Under the pieces are notes generated by a model that saw only the letters and a program-made list of their open reading frames with translations, ran no database searches and was not told the DNA's origin. From positions 372,001-407,182 of the forward strand of contig JAVKOQ020000015.1 in assembly GCA_031835245.2 (NCBI GenBank): a stretch of DNA of 35,182 bases, written 5' to 3'. The position numbers and the translations under genes are program-made. Shown here in pieces: positions 20,590-32,483 of this stretch. Each line of letters begins with the position of its first letter. Within the stretch, counting starts at the first letter, position 1. The stretch comes from Balamuthia mandrillaris (Eukaryota).

Positions 20590-21577
20590 TTAGAGTTTAG
20601 CTTGCTTAGGTAATTTGTCACCAAGGACTTGACCGAGTTTCATGGCAAGAGCCATATTTCCTTGGATCTTAAGCTTGCCTTGCATGAACAGAGCCTGGCC
20701 ATCAGTCTTGCCAGTCATCATGTCGCTGTTTTAAGTCATTAACAACAAATATTAACGCAATGCTTTTTTCATCACAAAGCAATCAAAGAGACTACATACA
20801 TGAAGTCTTGCTCCTTCATGGCCATGGTACAACCAGGCTTAGCGGGCTCTCCCTTGGACACACTGCCTGGGGCATCTTTAAGGTTCAGGCCCCAGGTTTG
20901 CACCTCGCCATTGGCAGTAGTGATATCGAAGCGGTAGGTACCACCCACACGCTGCACCATGGAGGGATCTTACAGAGCCACTTGTCACTTCCCAAGATAG
21001 GCAAAGAGAGAGAGAGAGAGAGAGAGAGTACCTGCTTTAAGGTTTTTCTCAATTTCGGCAAAAACAGTGGAGATGAGATCGCCAGAGCCAGCAGAGGAAG
21101 TCGCAGCAGCAGCACCAGCCTTAGCGTTGAACAGCTGGCCGAGCTTCATAGCGAATGCCATGTCTATGCGTGGAGTTAAAGAGGCAGAAACAACAAAATA
21201 ATCGCGTATGCTTTAGAGTTACAAAAGGATACTGCCAGAAATCTTGATTTTGCCTTGCATGAAGGCTGTTTGGCCGTCCAACTGGCCCGCTGCCATAGCG
21301 GCGAAATCCTCGTCTTTGACTGAAGGAACAGTTAAATAAACGGTGGAAAACGCCAACAAACAGCGGGTTTACAAAACTTACTCGAAATGGTGCAGTCAGC
21401 TTTGGGGGCCTTCCCCTCCTGAACGCTTCCGCTGCCATTCTTCAAATCAACGGTCCAAGAGCGCACACCGTTGCCGTCTGCGACATTGAACTGGTAAACT
21501 CCCCCGATCTTCGACACCAGACTGGGGTCGGCCTTAATGTTGTTGGCAATGGTGGTAAAGATGGGCTCTGACTTCAT
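20590..21577 (-). CDS. Tandem double SCP2 sterol-carrier-domain protein with PTS1 (AKL), 5 exons
   Basis: Exons 21577-21382, 21319-21233, 21163-21032, 20968-20800 and 20725-20590. Two copies of 'W.VDLK...ADCT....DF..M..G..DGQ..FMQGK.KI.GNM..AMKL'. Ends KQAKL*. Confidence 0.92.
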
Positions 21578-21742
21578 GGCTTTGGTGGTTTCCTTTGCTG
21601 TGTGTGTTCCTCCTCCTTAATGTTGTTGTTGTTGATGCCTTTGTTGTTTTTTTTTTTTTTTTGTGCGTTGCGTTGCGTGAGTGACAAACGAGGGGCCGTC
21701 GCTTTGAATGGCTTTCGCCCGATGCCCATGCCCCCCCCCCCC

Positions 21743-21910
21743 TAAAGCGGAGCAATGAATTTTTGTCGACGTGAAAGATCTCTGCTAGAGAAGAGACAAA
21801 GAAAAAGACAACAGAAATGGCCTTTTTATGGTAAGATAAAGCCTCTGTTTTGATTTTTGATTGGTGGTTTGAAACTTTCAGTAACCGATCAAAGCAATTG
21901 AGCCGCCTTA
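21743..21910. mobile_element. MITE-like unit A (168 bp)
   Basis: Imperfect TIRs TAAAGCGGAGCAATG...CAATTGAGCCGCCTTA, flanked by poly-C runs. An inverted second copy lies at 22538-22695. Confidence 0.65.
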
Positions 21911-21919
21911 CCCCCCCCC

Positions 21920-22533
21920 TAAGGCGGCGCCAAGATCAAGCCGATCAATGGGACAACGAAAATAAAGCAAAATTAGTAAAAGGAAAACAAAAAACAGACA
22001 CAAAAAATAATAAAAGAAATCATTAGTGAGTGGTTGGTAACAAATTTTGTTTCCATCATCAAAAAATGGAGTGAGTGAGCAGAGAAAAAAGAACGCTACC
22101 TTTTCAATCGGAGCAGTGCCCCTGCCTGCGGCTGAACCGCTTCGGTTTCCACCTCTGCCTCCTTCCGCTGGTTTCCTCCTTGTGTAGTAGGAGCATAGCA
22201 ATCAGAAATACGGTGATGCGTGGAGCTGCGTGGATGTGTGTGTCTGTGTGTTTACTTTTGAAAAGAAAGAAAAGAAGAGAAGAGAAGAAAAGAAAACGAG
22301 TAGCAGAAAAATGTCAAGGCGACTGACGAGTACCAAAAGTTTATTGGCGGCAGCAGCAGCATGAGCATCCATTCCATTCACCCCACCCCACACCCCACCC
22401 TACCACTTTGCCTTCAGAGACGTGGGAGAAGGAAGGGTTGTTTTGGCGGGAAACATGCTCATTGGCCCAAAAGACTAATGTCGTGATTTCTTTTTTCGTT
22501 GTCCTTAGATCTTATGATCTTTGCGCCGCCTTA
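21920..22533. mobile_element. MITE-like unit B (614 bp) with ~45-bp imperfect TIRs
   Basis: taaggcggcgccaagatca...ggacaacgaaaa at the left end and ttttcgttgtcc...tgatctttgcgccgcctta at the right. The right ~100 bp recur, inverted, at 31087-31187. Confidence 0.6.
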
Positions 22534-22537
22534 TACC

Positions 22538-22695
22538 TAAAGCGGCTCAATTGCTTTGATCGGTTACTGAAAGTTTCAAACCACCAATCAAAAATCAAAA
22601 CAGAGGCTTTATCTTACCATAAAAAGGCCATTTCTGTTGTCTTTTTCTTTGTCTCATCTCTAGTAGAGATCTTTCACGTCGACAAAAATTCATTG
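22538..22695. mobile_element. Inverted copy of MITE-like unit A, outer end truncated
   Basis: 22542-22695 is the reverse complement of 21753-21906 with 2 mismatches. Confidence 0.8.
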
Positions 22696-23233
22696 TCTAT
22701 CCCCCCCCCGCGGAGAAAGAGAGGAGCTTTGACAATGTCCCGCGCATTTTATGGCGACGTCGAAGACACACACGGCAGCAACTGCAAGAAGCCGTTGCCT
22801 CTGTCCCTCTCGTGGCTCATTCTACTCGAAACTGTTTTGCCTGGTTCAATTGGCCATCCTTACCTTGCAGGTGGAGAACAAGCATCCAATCTCGTGGCCG
22901 CACGATGAAGTTGCGTGTTATCATCAATACCACTTCACTACCGAGGGCGAGCAAGCCTTTATCGCAAAAAGTATTTGGTTTTTTTTTCGCAAGAAAGTAC
23001 ATAAAGCACAACAACAAGTAGTCACAGGTGGCGAGTGGTAGCAAAGAAGAACGAAGAGGAAAGGTAAATGAGGCAAGGCGGTGGTCTCGCATGTTCATGT
23101 GGAGAGTAGAGTGTGGGGATGAAGGGAATAGAGGAAAATAAGGGCTGGCGGCATATCAAACTAGTGCTTCTCTTTAAAGAGCGGGAGGAAGAAGAGAAGA
23201 GGGTTGTCCGCAAGAAGCTTAAATAGAGGTTCA

Positions 23234-23530
23234 TCATGCGTAGTTGCCTCCTTTGGTTGGGTTACCTCCTCCACTAGTTTTGTGTTGAACGTCTTTCAAG
23301 ATCCTGTTTTGGATGCGCTTTCCATAAGGGGTGTTACGGAGAGCGTATAGGAACGGCTTGATGCCCTCAACAAGACGTTTGTGTTGGGAAGGGTCGCCTA
23401 CGGTCATGGCCGTCTGTACCACATAGTTGCCGAAAGGATCCTGAATGAGGTTCTTCAGTTGATCTGAGTCGGTTATTTCTTCGATCATCCAATGTCTAGT
23501 TACTGGATCCGCCACATTTAGGCACTACAG

Positions 23531-23569
<39 letters not shown>

Positions 23570-26323
23570 ATAAGAGAAACAAGAAGCAAACAAAAAAGAG
23601 CAGGATATTGGTATTCTCAAAGAGAAAGAAGGAACAAAGTTGGGGCAATACCTTCTCTACCACATTAGAACTGAACTTTTGGGTAGATAGTTCAGCAAGA
23701 TGAGTCTTGAACTCATACACTAACCCAGCTAAAAGTCTGGGATAGGGAAGGTCCAACACGTATTGTACAACATAGTTACCATAGGGATCCTTCACCAGGG
23801 TCAAGGCGTTGACTGTAATCTCGGTAACGAGTTGGACCTGTGACAGGATAGTTCGTGATTGTGGTTAGCACAAACTCCTGAAATAGAAAAAAAAAACGAA
23901 AAAAAAAATAGGAATGAGAGGCTTGATTTGAATACCTTCTGGCTTTCGGACGCATGGTCAATGCACCTTTGTAATACACAACAACCATGGCGGTGAGTTG
24001 CAACTTCGACGCAGTGTCCCGCCACAGAGTCATAAATAAATTGATTATCTTGAGCGGAGAGGTGATTTAAGCACCTCTGCACCACGTGGTTACCGTTGAG
24101 ATCCTTTATTAAGGTAACAACACTGTTTTTCAAGCCGCGAGTTACTAAGCGGATCTGATGAAACAAAAAGGATGTCAACGTTATCAGGTTAAAGAAGCAA
24201 GTCACAACAGAACATAGCGCAGGAAATAAAAAATTAGTACCTCTTGTGCGTTTTGGAGGCATTCGATCATTTTCTGAACAGCACGAGTACCATGCATATT
24301 TTGGGAAACACGGACTAAGTCTCCAGCCACACTTTCAATTAACATCAAGCGTTGTTTCTCTGCGCAGTGCTCGAGTAATTTTTGGCATAAATAATTTCCA
24401 AAAGGATCTAATAATGGGCAAGGGAAACAAAAAAGACAAGTTAACGGGCAAAACCGAACCAACCAGGAGAGAGAGGAGGACTCACCGGTCATCAACTCGG
24501 CAAAGTGAGGATAGACTTCGTTGAAAATAGTATCAGTGACCTGCCTGTTCTTTTCGTCAAGTTTCTTTTGCAAAAAGCGGCAGCCGTGTTGATCCTTGCA
24601 CATTGGATAAATTTGACCGATCACTTGTTCGATGCTAGTGAAGCGACCAGCCAAGGTGTTGGTACCCATTACAAATCCGGGAGGGTGAGCAGCAGGCGTG
24701 ATAACGCTGGAATGGCGTCTTCGGTGTCCCGCATTGGAGGAGGCATTGGACCCAGCTGCCGCTTTCTTGCCACCCCTTCCTGCTGTAGTCTTGCCTTGGG
24801 GCTGAGAGGAGGGTGCAGGGCCTCCTTCCTGGGAAGCTGTGTTTTGTGATTGTTCCTCCGTCCAATTTGTCTCGCCTTCCACGTGTGCGAAGTTGCAGCG
24901 ATCCCCTCGACTGCAATAGCCCTGGCTGTAGTAGCGACAAGGAACAGCACTACTGGAGGATGACTGTCCTCGTTGAGGCTGTGTATGGAGTGAGAGAGAG
25001 AGAGAGAGAGAAGAGTAAGTTAAAGTGGAAGGAGTTTGGGGACCGAGCGCCTTACCTCCCGTCTCCGTGTGGCTGGCATATCACCAGACACTTCCAAATC
25101 CTCTAAACCTTGTTCTACCGAACTGACAGTAACTGCATCCGACAGCCCATTGGCGGCACCAGCAGGGTCTTCGTAAGGAGAGAGAGAGAGAGAGAGAGAG
25201 AGAGCAAGTTCAGCAAGATAACGGAGATGAGCAAAACAAACAATTTAGGGTGCATGAAAAAAAAATAGTGAAAGTACTGACCACCAGGATTATCACTAGC
25301 CTCCCAAAGGTAACGATTCTGCCCAAACTTTTCTGGACCCACCAAGGAAGAGGGGTGGCCATTTTGCAAACCAAAATTTTGTAAAAGAGTGGGTAGGTCG
25401 TCCACAGAGGAGGAAACGCTCTCGCTGTCGCTGCTAAGGTCTGGGATAAGTGCATTCTCATCCAAAGAAAAATCTTCAAGGGATGAAATACTGCCAACAC
25501 GCTTCGAGGTAGGCCTTGACCACTTGGGTGAGAACATCAACTGCCATGCGCAAGAAGCCACCGAAACAAAAGATAATACGAATAAAATGCAATAAATAAA
25601 ACATTAATAGAGGAAAGTAAAGGCGACAGTCAGAGAGATAGGTAAAAGGAGAAACCGAACAAAGACAGACAAGTTCAACTTACATCTCTCTCAGCATAGG
25701 GAAGAAACTTGGCAGACATGGGCGGGGAACCGCCAGAGGGAGAATAGGGCTACAACGGAGACACAGCAGCGGGATTTCGTTAAGTGATGAACGATCAACA
25801 GAGTTGCAGAAGAGACAGAGCGAAAGAACAGAAGTACGAAATAATGAGAGGGAAGAGAAATTACCTCTCGTAAGATGTCCTCTCCCAAAGGAGAAGAGAG
25901 CTCAACTGGAAGGCCTTCTAATGGGGCAGGCAACTTACTGGGGTCGTTGTAGGACACATAAAAGTGAAGGTAGCTCTCATCACAGCGTATGTCAGTGCGA
26001 TCAGCAAAGAAGTGTGCATAGGAGTTGCCCATAGCGAACAAGGACTGCTCCTGCACCTCAAGGATAGGAGGAGCGGAGGAAGTTCTCTGTGGTAGGTCTT
26101 CTTCACGGAAGAACTCATAGTCCTCCTCCCCATCGCTGCAAAGCGGATCCAAGCTTTCCTCCAGGCTTGGGGAGGGAGATCGGCCACGAGCATGGGTGGC
26201 TGGTTGAGGGGTTGGCGAGAGGTGGAGAGTAGGGTGCGAGGAAAAATGCTGAAGGTGAGGCGCATGCCCCATCATGGGACCTTCTCCGAAAGCGTTTGCG
26301 CCTGGTTTGTTATTGTTTCGCAT
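23234..26323 (-). CDS. Pumilio/PUF RNA-binding protein, Puf4-type repeat code, multi-exon
   Basis: Eight PUF repeats across spliced exons: KDQHGCRFLQ, DPFGNYLCQ, NMHGTRAVQ, DLNGNHVVQ, HRHGCCVLQ, DPYGNYVVQ, QKFSSNVVE, DPFGNYVVQ, then 'TPYGKRI'. 5' exons are 26323-25865, 25749-25684, 25540-25282, 25168-25056 and 24978-24486. The start is the first in-frame ATG after an upstream stop. Confidence 0.93.
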
Positions 26324-26415
26324 CTTTGTATGTACTACTCCCTGCTGCTCCTCCGGAGTCAAGAACACCTTCGACTAGCAATGCCCTGTCTAGAAGCAAG
26401 AGGGAGAGGAGAGAG

Positions 26416-26416
26416 C

Positions 26417-26463
<47 letters not shown>
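26416..26463. repeat. (CAA)n microsatellite inside a probable 5' UTR intron of the Pumilio gene (26390-26541)
   Basis: Directly visible repeat. The minus strand has donor gttcgc at 26541 and acceptor ttctag at 26390. Confidence 0.8.
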
Positions 26464-26549
26464 ATCTACATTCAGGATCAAAACTGGAAAAATGGGGGTA
26501 GGAAAAGATTTCATAGGGCAGAAAAAGAAAAAAAAGCGAACCGGTAGGT

Positions 26550-27340
26550 CAGTCTGCCAGCAGCAGCAGCAGCAGCAGATTTTGTGTTGTTGTTGTTGTG
26601 TTTTGGTTGCAGCTGCAATAATAATAATAAGTGAATGGAGTGGGGTGGTTGTTTTGGTTGTCGGAAAGAAGCAAGTCGTTAATGGTGGTTGTTTGTTTTA
26701 GCGCAAGTGGCTTTGGGCAAATACAAATAACCACGGAGGAAGAGGAGGAGGAGGAGGAAGGGGTTGGTTTGTGTGGAAGGCAGCAAGCAAGGGGATCTAA
26801 GTCCAAGACTGGCCTTTCTGTTACTATTCCTTGCTTTTTCTTCGAGTGCGCGCCTCTTCCAAGCAATGGGACACCCACCCTGGATATAAATATGGTAAAG
26901 TAGTAGGCAGGCAAGGGTTGGTTGCGCAAAGGGGGGGGAAGAAAGGGAAGACGGAGAGTGAGGGCACAAGGAAAGAAGGGCGAAAGAAGGGCTGCCCTTG
27001 TCTCTGCTTGCCTGTCTGCCTTGCCGAGCCGAAGGAGCGAAGGAAGGGGGGGCGGAGCAAAGGGGAGGGGTTCCCTTTGGTTTTTTTTTTTTGCTGGGCT
27101 TTTGTTTTTTGATTTTGGGACCTTTGGCTGCCCCTTTGGCTGGGGCTGGGCGAGCAAAAAGGGCAGCAAAAGGGGTAGGTTAGGGTTGAGGCCCCGCAGA
27201 AACGCAGCAGCAGCGGTGGCATTAGGGTTGCGCGCCGAATTTCATTCCCCTCTTGAACCTGTGCACCATTGCTGCAGCATTTGCGCAACTCTCAACCACA
27301 AAAAGAAGAACAAAAAACGAAAAGACAAAGGAGCACACAA
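26550..27340. promoter_or_regulatory. Divergent promoter / 5' UTR region shared by Pumilio and TOP3B
   Basis: Head-to-head arrangement of the two genes with low-complexity, purine-skewed sequence between them. No specific element identified. Confidence 0.5.
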
Positions 27341-29785
27341 ATGGCGCCTTCGGTAGTTCTCATGGTGGCCGAAAAGCCGAGCATCGCCTCCTCCATTGCT
27401 TCCATACTCAGCAAGGGTCACGCTTCCTCTCGCAAGGGCATCGCCCCAATGTGCCCTGTCCACGAGTTTCCAGGTACCGACCGCTGTTCTCCTTCTTCCA
27501 CCTACCAGGCCTTGGCTTCAAGGAGGTGCCTTGCTAGCGCCGGCACCTTACTGTCACCACCACGCTAACACATTTCCTCGCAACACTAGGCACATTCAAC
27601 GGGCAGAACGCGCATTTCAAAGTGACCTCTGTGGCTGGGCATGTGTACAGGTTGGTGCCGTAAAATTGCTTGCTTGCTTGCAGTTCCTCCTCTTCTCGTT
27701 TGGCGATTTTGTTTGGCTCAACTTTTCCTCAACCTCTTGATCGCAGCACTGACTTTAAACATCGCTCCACGGGAGACCCAGCCGAGCTATTTCAAGCAGA
27801 GATACACAAAGTGGAAGCCAACCCAAAGGTTCTTGTCGTGTCTGCTTTCTTCTTTACTGCAGCCTCCTCCACGGCATTAGCTCACAGAACCACCGATGCC
27901 CTTTTATTTACTGTAGAGCCATATTTGTAAGCATCTTCGCAAGGAAGCCAAGGGTTGCGACTACCTCGTACTCTGGCTGGACTGTGACAGAGAAGGCGAG
28001 AACATATGCTTTGAAGTGATGGAGAACGCTCTGCCGAAACTTCGCAGCCACCCAGGACATCAAACTGTCTATCGTGCTCGCTTTTCATCCATAACAGCTC
28101 CCGACATTGTCCGTGCCATGAATACCCTCACCAAACCCAACGCCGATGAATCTGCCGCTGTTGATGCCAGGCAAGAGCTTGACCTGAAGATCGGTGTTGC
28201 TTTTACACGCTTTCAGACTGCTTACTTTCAGGGCAAGGTCAGTACTGCTACACCTCGTCATCACCGATCTTCAGCTAATGAGCCATCATTTGCTATCTTT
28301 GTGACTGTAGTACGGAGACCTTGACTCGGCATTGATATCTTATGGTCCCTGTCAGACGCCCACGTACGAACGTTAACCTTCCTTGTTGCCCTTCTTTCAC
28401 ATTGTTGCTGATATCTAGCCTCTTCTGGTCTCGTTATGCCTGTTGCTATATTTCTGCACGCGCCAGATTGGGGTTCTGTGTGGCTCGTCATGATTTAAAA
28501 CAAACCTTTACACCAGAAAAGTTTTGGCGGGTGGAACCGCGCGTGGAGAACAGGGAAGCACAATCTCTCGTCCTGAAGTGGGACAGAGGCCGCGTGTTTG
28601 ACCTTGAGGTTGCCTGCATGTTCCAAGAGCTATTGACACGCCACAGCACTGCCAAGTACGTTCTTCCTTCGTACTCAACAAACATAACAAATATCCAAAT
28701 CATAACAAATTGCGATGACAGACTGTTAAGCTCCGAGACAAAAACACGGAGCTTGGCGAGACCTCTTCCCTTGAACACAACCACAATGCTAAAGGTTGCC
28801 AGCACGCAGCTACAAATGGGACCCCACCACGCAATGCATCTTGCTGAACGACTGTATTTATCACCTCCAATGTCTTTTCTTGTCTTAGTGTTAACAGTCT
28901 CTCATGACGTGTTATATATAGCTACCTAGGCGGCTACATCAGTTATCCACGGACAGAAACTACGCATTACAGCCCTAATTTCAACCTTGTGGAAGTACTG
29001 GGAGCCCATCGTACCCACAGCATTTGGGGACAATACGTTCAATCTCTTCTAGGTCAAGGCATCCATCCGCCGAAGCAAGGAGTTGATGCAGGCGACCATC
29101 CCCCTATCACTCCCATGCGCTCTGCTGAGCCTTCAGAGCTTAGTGGCGATGACTGGCGGCTCTATGACTACATTACAAGACATTTTATAGCTACTCTATC
29201 CCCCAATTGCAAATATTCTAAACTCAAAGCCAAATTCTCTTTCAACGCTTCTCAAGATGGTAGTCACCAAGAGACTTTTTCTTACAGCGGGAAGCGGCTC
29301 GTGAGCCCTGGATTTACTCTCATCATGCCTTGGTTGGCAATGAAGGACGTTGGTCTGAATGACATTGGCGTTGCAGGTCTGTTTAACTTTTTTATTTTAG
29401 AGCAAGTTTATCATTACTGATCCCATTTCTACGAAGGTTCTTCTTGGGCAATCTCAGAAATCAAAGTTGTTGAAGGCGAGACCAGCCCTCCCGATTATCT
29501 TACAGAGAGTGAGCTCATATCCAAGGTATGACTCTGCTGCCTTCTTTTCTCCACCTTCCCTCTTAATGCATGATTTGTCGCCAGATGGAAAAGCATGGGA
29601 TTGGCACAGATGCCTCTATACCTTCGTAAGTTCTTTTGTTTTATTTCTTGTTGGTTAAAAGTATCGAGATACTTAATCAGTGCCATCCAAATCAATTTAG
29701 TCATATCAACAATATTTGCCAAAGAAATTACGTACGAGTTGAGAGTGGGCGACGCCTCGTACCAACAAAGCTCGGAATTGCCCTG

Positions 29786-29837
<52 letters not shown>

Positions 29838-31011
29838 GCTCGCATTCCTGAACCTATGTCTCTAATTTTAAGGTACATGGCTACCACCGGATTGACAAAG
29901 AGTTGGTACTCCCAAGCGTGCGAGCAAATGTGGAGAAAAGTGTGAATCTGGTGGCCAAAGGTCTTGCTCATAAGAACTTGGTGATCGATCACCTGCTACA
30001 AATCTTTGCAGCCAAGTATGCCTACTTTGTGGCCAAGATTATCAGAATGGATGAGTTCTTTGAAGCCTCATTTTCATCTCTGGCCAACACTCCCACTAAA
30101 TTTCGGAGTAAATGTGGCAAATGTAAACGTTACATGAAATATCTTGCTCTCAAGTATGTATAATTGTTTGTTTGGGGAGGAGCTGCTTGTACTGACTAAC
30201 GTTCATGCACAGGCCTGCCAGATTGTATTGTGAGACCTGTGAAGAGACTTATAGTCTACCCCAGAACGGAACAATCAAGGTAAGTACCTCTATTCTTTGC
30301 TTTAATGTTTGGTCATTTGTCTTGCGAATTCAACAACACGCGCTGACACTTTATTCATTTGGATTCTCTAAAACAGCTTTACAAAGAACTTCAGTGCCCA
30401 CTTGATAACTTTGAGCTGCTGCTCTGTCAAGTAGGCTCAAAAACGGTAGGCTGTCCGACCTATTCTGCGTCACTGCTTAACCCTGACACGCTTTCTCTCT
30501 CTTGCTCCCTCTCTCCTGCAAGTACCCATTATGCCCATACTGCTATAACTACCCAACACTGGAGGGGATGGAGGTTGGGATGGGCTGTAACAAGTGCCCT
30601 CATCCAGGTTGTAAGCACTCGTTTGTGAACAATGCAGTGACGGGCTGCCCGGAGTGCGAAGAGGGCACAATTGTAATGGACCCCAACAGTGCTCCCAAAT
30701 GGAAAATGGATTGCAACCAATGCAACGTAACCATCTACCTCCCAGAAGGCGCCCACAAGATAGCTCCCGACACCAGCAAGAGTTGCGAAGAGTGTGGATC
30801 AGCACTACTACGCGTTGACTTCAACAAGAATAACACCCCGCTGGAAGGAGGAGAGACCAAGTACAGCGGCTGTGTGTGGTGTGATCCGTTCCTTAATAGC
30901 AGGATAAACATGGGTCTCAACCGGATGCGGCCCAAGGGCCACCGAGGTCGTGGCCGTGGCCGTGGCCGTGGTCGCGGGCGTGGAAGGAAGCGCTCTTTGC
31001 TTAGTCACTGA
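27341..31011 (+). CDS. TOP3B: DNA topoisomerase III beta, multi-exon
   Basis: 'VLMVAEKPSIA', 'VTSVAGH', 'LWLDCDREGENICFEV', 'RQELDLKIGVAFTRFQT', catalytic 'GYISYPRTET', 'DAGDHPPITP', 'MEKHGIGTDAS', C-terminal CxxC zinc-finger array and an RG-repeat tail characteristic of the beta isoform. Confidence 0.96.
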
Positions 31012-31086
31012 TATTGCTTCGTCATCATCATAGTGGTAAACCAAGATATGATGATTTCGTGGCATTATAATGGCGGTGAGAGAGAT

Positions 31087-31187
31087 AGGCGGCGCAAAGA
31101 TCATAAGATCTAAGGACAACGAAAAAAGAAATCACAGACATTAGTCTTTTGGGCCAATGAGCATGTTTCCCGCCAGAACAACCCTTC
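31087..31187. mobile_element. Fragment of the MITE-like unit B terminus between convergent 3' ends
   Basis: Reverse complement of about 22432-22531 with about 2 differences. Confidence 0.8.
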
Positions 31188-31244
31188 TTTTTTTCGGAGA
31201 TAGTTTGTTAAACTCTAAAACAATGTTGATAGTAAAACAACAAG

Positions 31245-32240
31245 TTACGACAACGAGGCATGCACCACACACAAACGGGGAAGACCGGAAGCGGTGCTAG
31301 TGGAAGGAGAAGAGGGTTGAGGGAGGTGATCGAGGAGGCACCGACAGACAGAGGCTTGGGATAGACCGCCAGAAGCGAGCTGGAGGCAGTCCTCTCTCTC
31401 CACGAGCACACATTCCGCCACGGCAGAGAAGGGTATGCCAGCTACCACCAGCCCAGTGAGGGCCGCCTGCAGGGACCCAAAGCTAGGGTTGAAGGCTGCG
31501 TTCTCTATGTAGGAGCCAGCAAAGATACGTCCATCGTCAGTGCGGAGGGCCACCCCTGACGGGCATTGAGAGTAGGGGCTGTAGGAGTGACTTGCTGCCG
31601 TCAGTGCTGCCTTTACGAGTTCATCTTCCTCCTTCTTGTCTTGGTCGCCGCTGTTGTTGTCGCTGACCAAAGAAAGGGGATAGGTAACGTGTTGAAGAAA
31701 CGGTTTGTCGACCCCCAAGTCGGAAGGTCCGAAGCTAAAGGGCAGCAACTCCTCCAGCATTATCACCGCGCTGTCTTTGCTGCTGAGAATGATTTGTAGG
31801 TCCTCCGCTTTGTACATCTCCTTCAGGAACTGACGGCAGTGGCCACAAGGCGTGGCGCTCACTGCGAAGCGCACCAGCCTTCGCTCTTGGTTGGCGTGCA
31901 GTCTGCTCACCAGGAACTGCTCTGCGTGGATGGACTGATGGAGAGGAATGCCTGGGAACTCCACGTTGGTCCCCAAGTAGATGTTCCCGCTCTCGGCGAG
32001 GCCCACCGCGCCCACCTTGAAGCAAGAGATGGGGCAGCGAGAAAAGGAGGCAGCCAAGGGCACCAACCCTTCCAGCAGCTGCTGCATGCTCCAGCCTAGC
32101 TCCCCCAAGATCTTTTGTACCAGCGCAGCTGGGATCTTGAAGAGGTTGTCCAACGCCTCAGCCTTGAGCAGTTGCCACAGCTTCTCGTCTATTGGAGCCT
32201 CACCGCCACCGCTACCACTTGTCCCTTTGTCGGCCTCCAT
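31245..32240 (-). CDS. cdd: Cytidine deaminase, two-domain homodimeric (E. coli Cdd/plant CDA) type, intronless
   Basis: 'PISCFKVGAV', 'GTNVEF', Zn motifs 'HAEQ' and 'PCGHCRQF', 'LLPFSFGPSDL', and second domain 'SYSPYS..PSGVAL...GSYIENAAFNPS'. Confidence 0.93.
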   Translation of the reverse strand: MEADKGTSGSGGGEAPIDEKLWQLLKAEALDNLFKIPAALVQKILGELGWSMQQLLEGLVPLAASFSRCPISCFKVGAVGLAESGNIYLGTNVEFPGIPLHQSIHAEQFLVSRLHANQERRLVRFAVSATPCGHCRQFLKEMYKAEDLQIILSSKDSAVIMLEELLPFSFGPSDLGVDKPFLQHVTYPLSLVSDNNSGDQDKKEEDELVKAALTAASHSYSPYSQCPSGVALRTDDGRIFAGSYIENAAFNPSFGSLQAALTGLVVAGIPFSAVAECVLVEREDCLQLASGGLSQASVCRCLLDHLPQPSSPSTSTASGLPRLCVVHASLS

Positions 32241-32352
32241 GTGTGATCCCTAGCCTCTTCCCCTTTCCTTCTCTTCTTCTTTGCTCTTTTTTTTTTCCTG
32301 CCTCTCTTTTTTTGCGCTGTTTTTCCAAGGGAAGGCTTTGGACTTTTCTAAT

Positions 32353-32391
<39 letters not shown>

Positions 32392-32483
32392 CCTCCCCGA
32401 AACAAGCCAAGAGAAAAGGCCCTTTTTCTTTCCTTCTCGTTTGTTTATCAAGGGTAGTAGGGTAGTGAGCATCAAGGCTGCAT

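Noticed and set aside
22105..22240. Structured ncRNA inside unit B
   Set aside because: Only small hairpins (gcgg-ctgaa-ccgc). No tRNA, snRNA or snoRNA hallmarks could be confirmed by eye; an Infernal/Rfam scan would be needed.
22408..23098. Short ORFs between the MITE composite and the Pumilio stop
   Set aside because: No recognisable motifs and partly repeat-derived. More likely UTR or intergenic sequence.
26192..27356. Multiple overlapping ORFs with poly-N/Q/E runs
   Set aside because: They arise from microsatellites and low-complexity UTR or promoter sequence.
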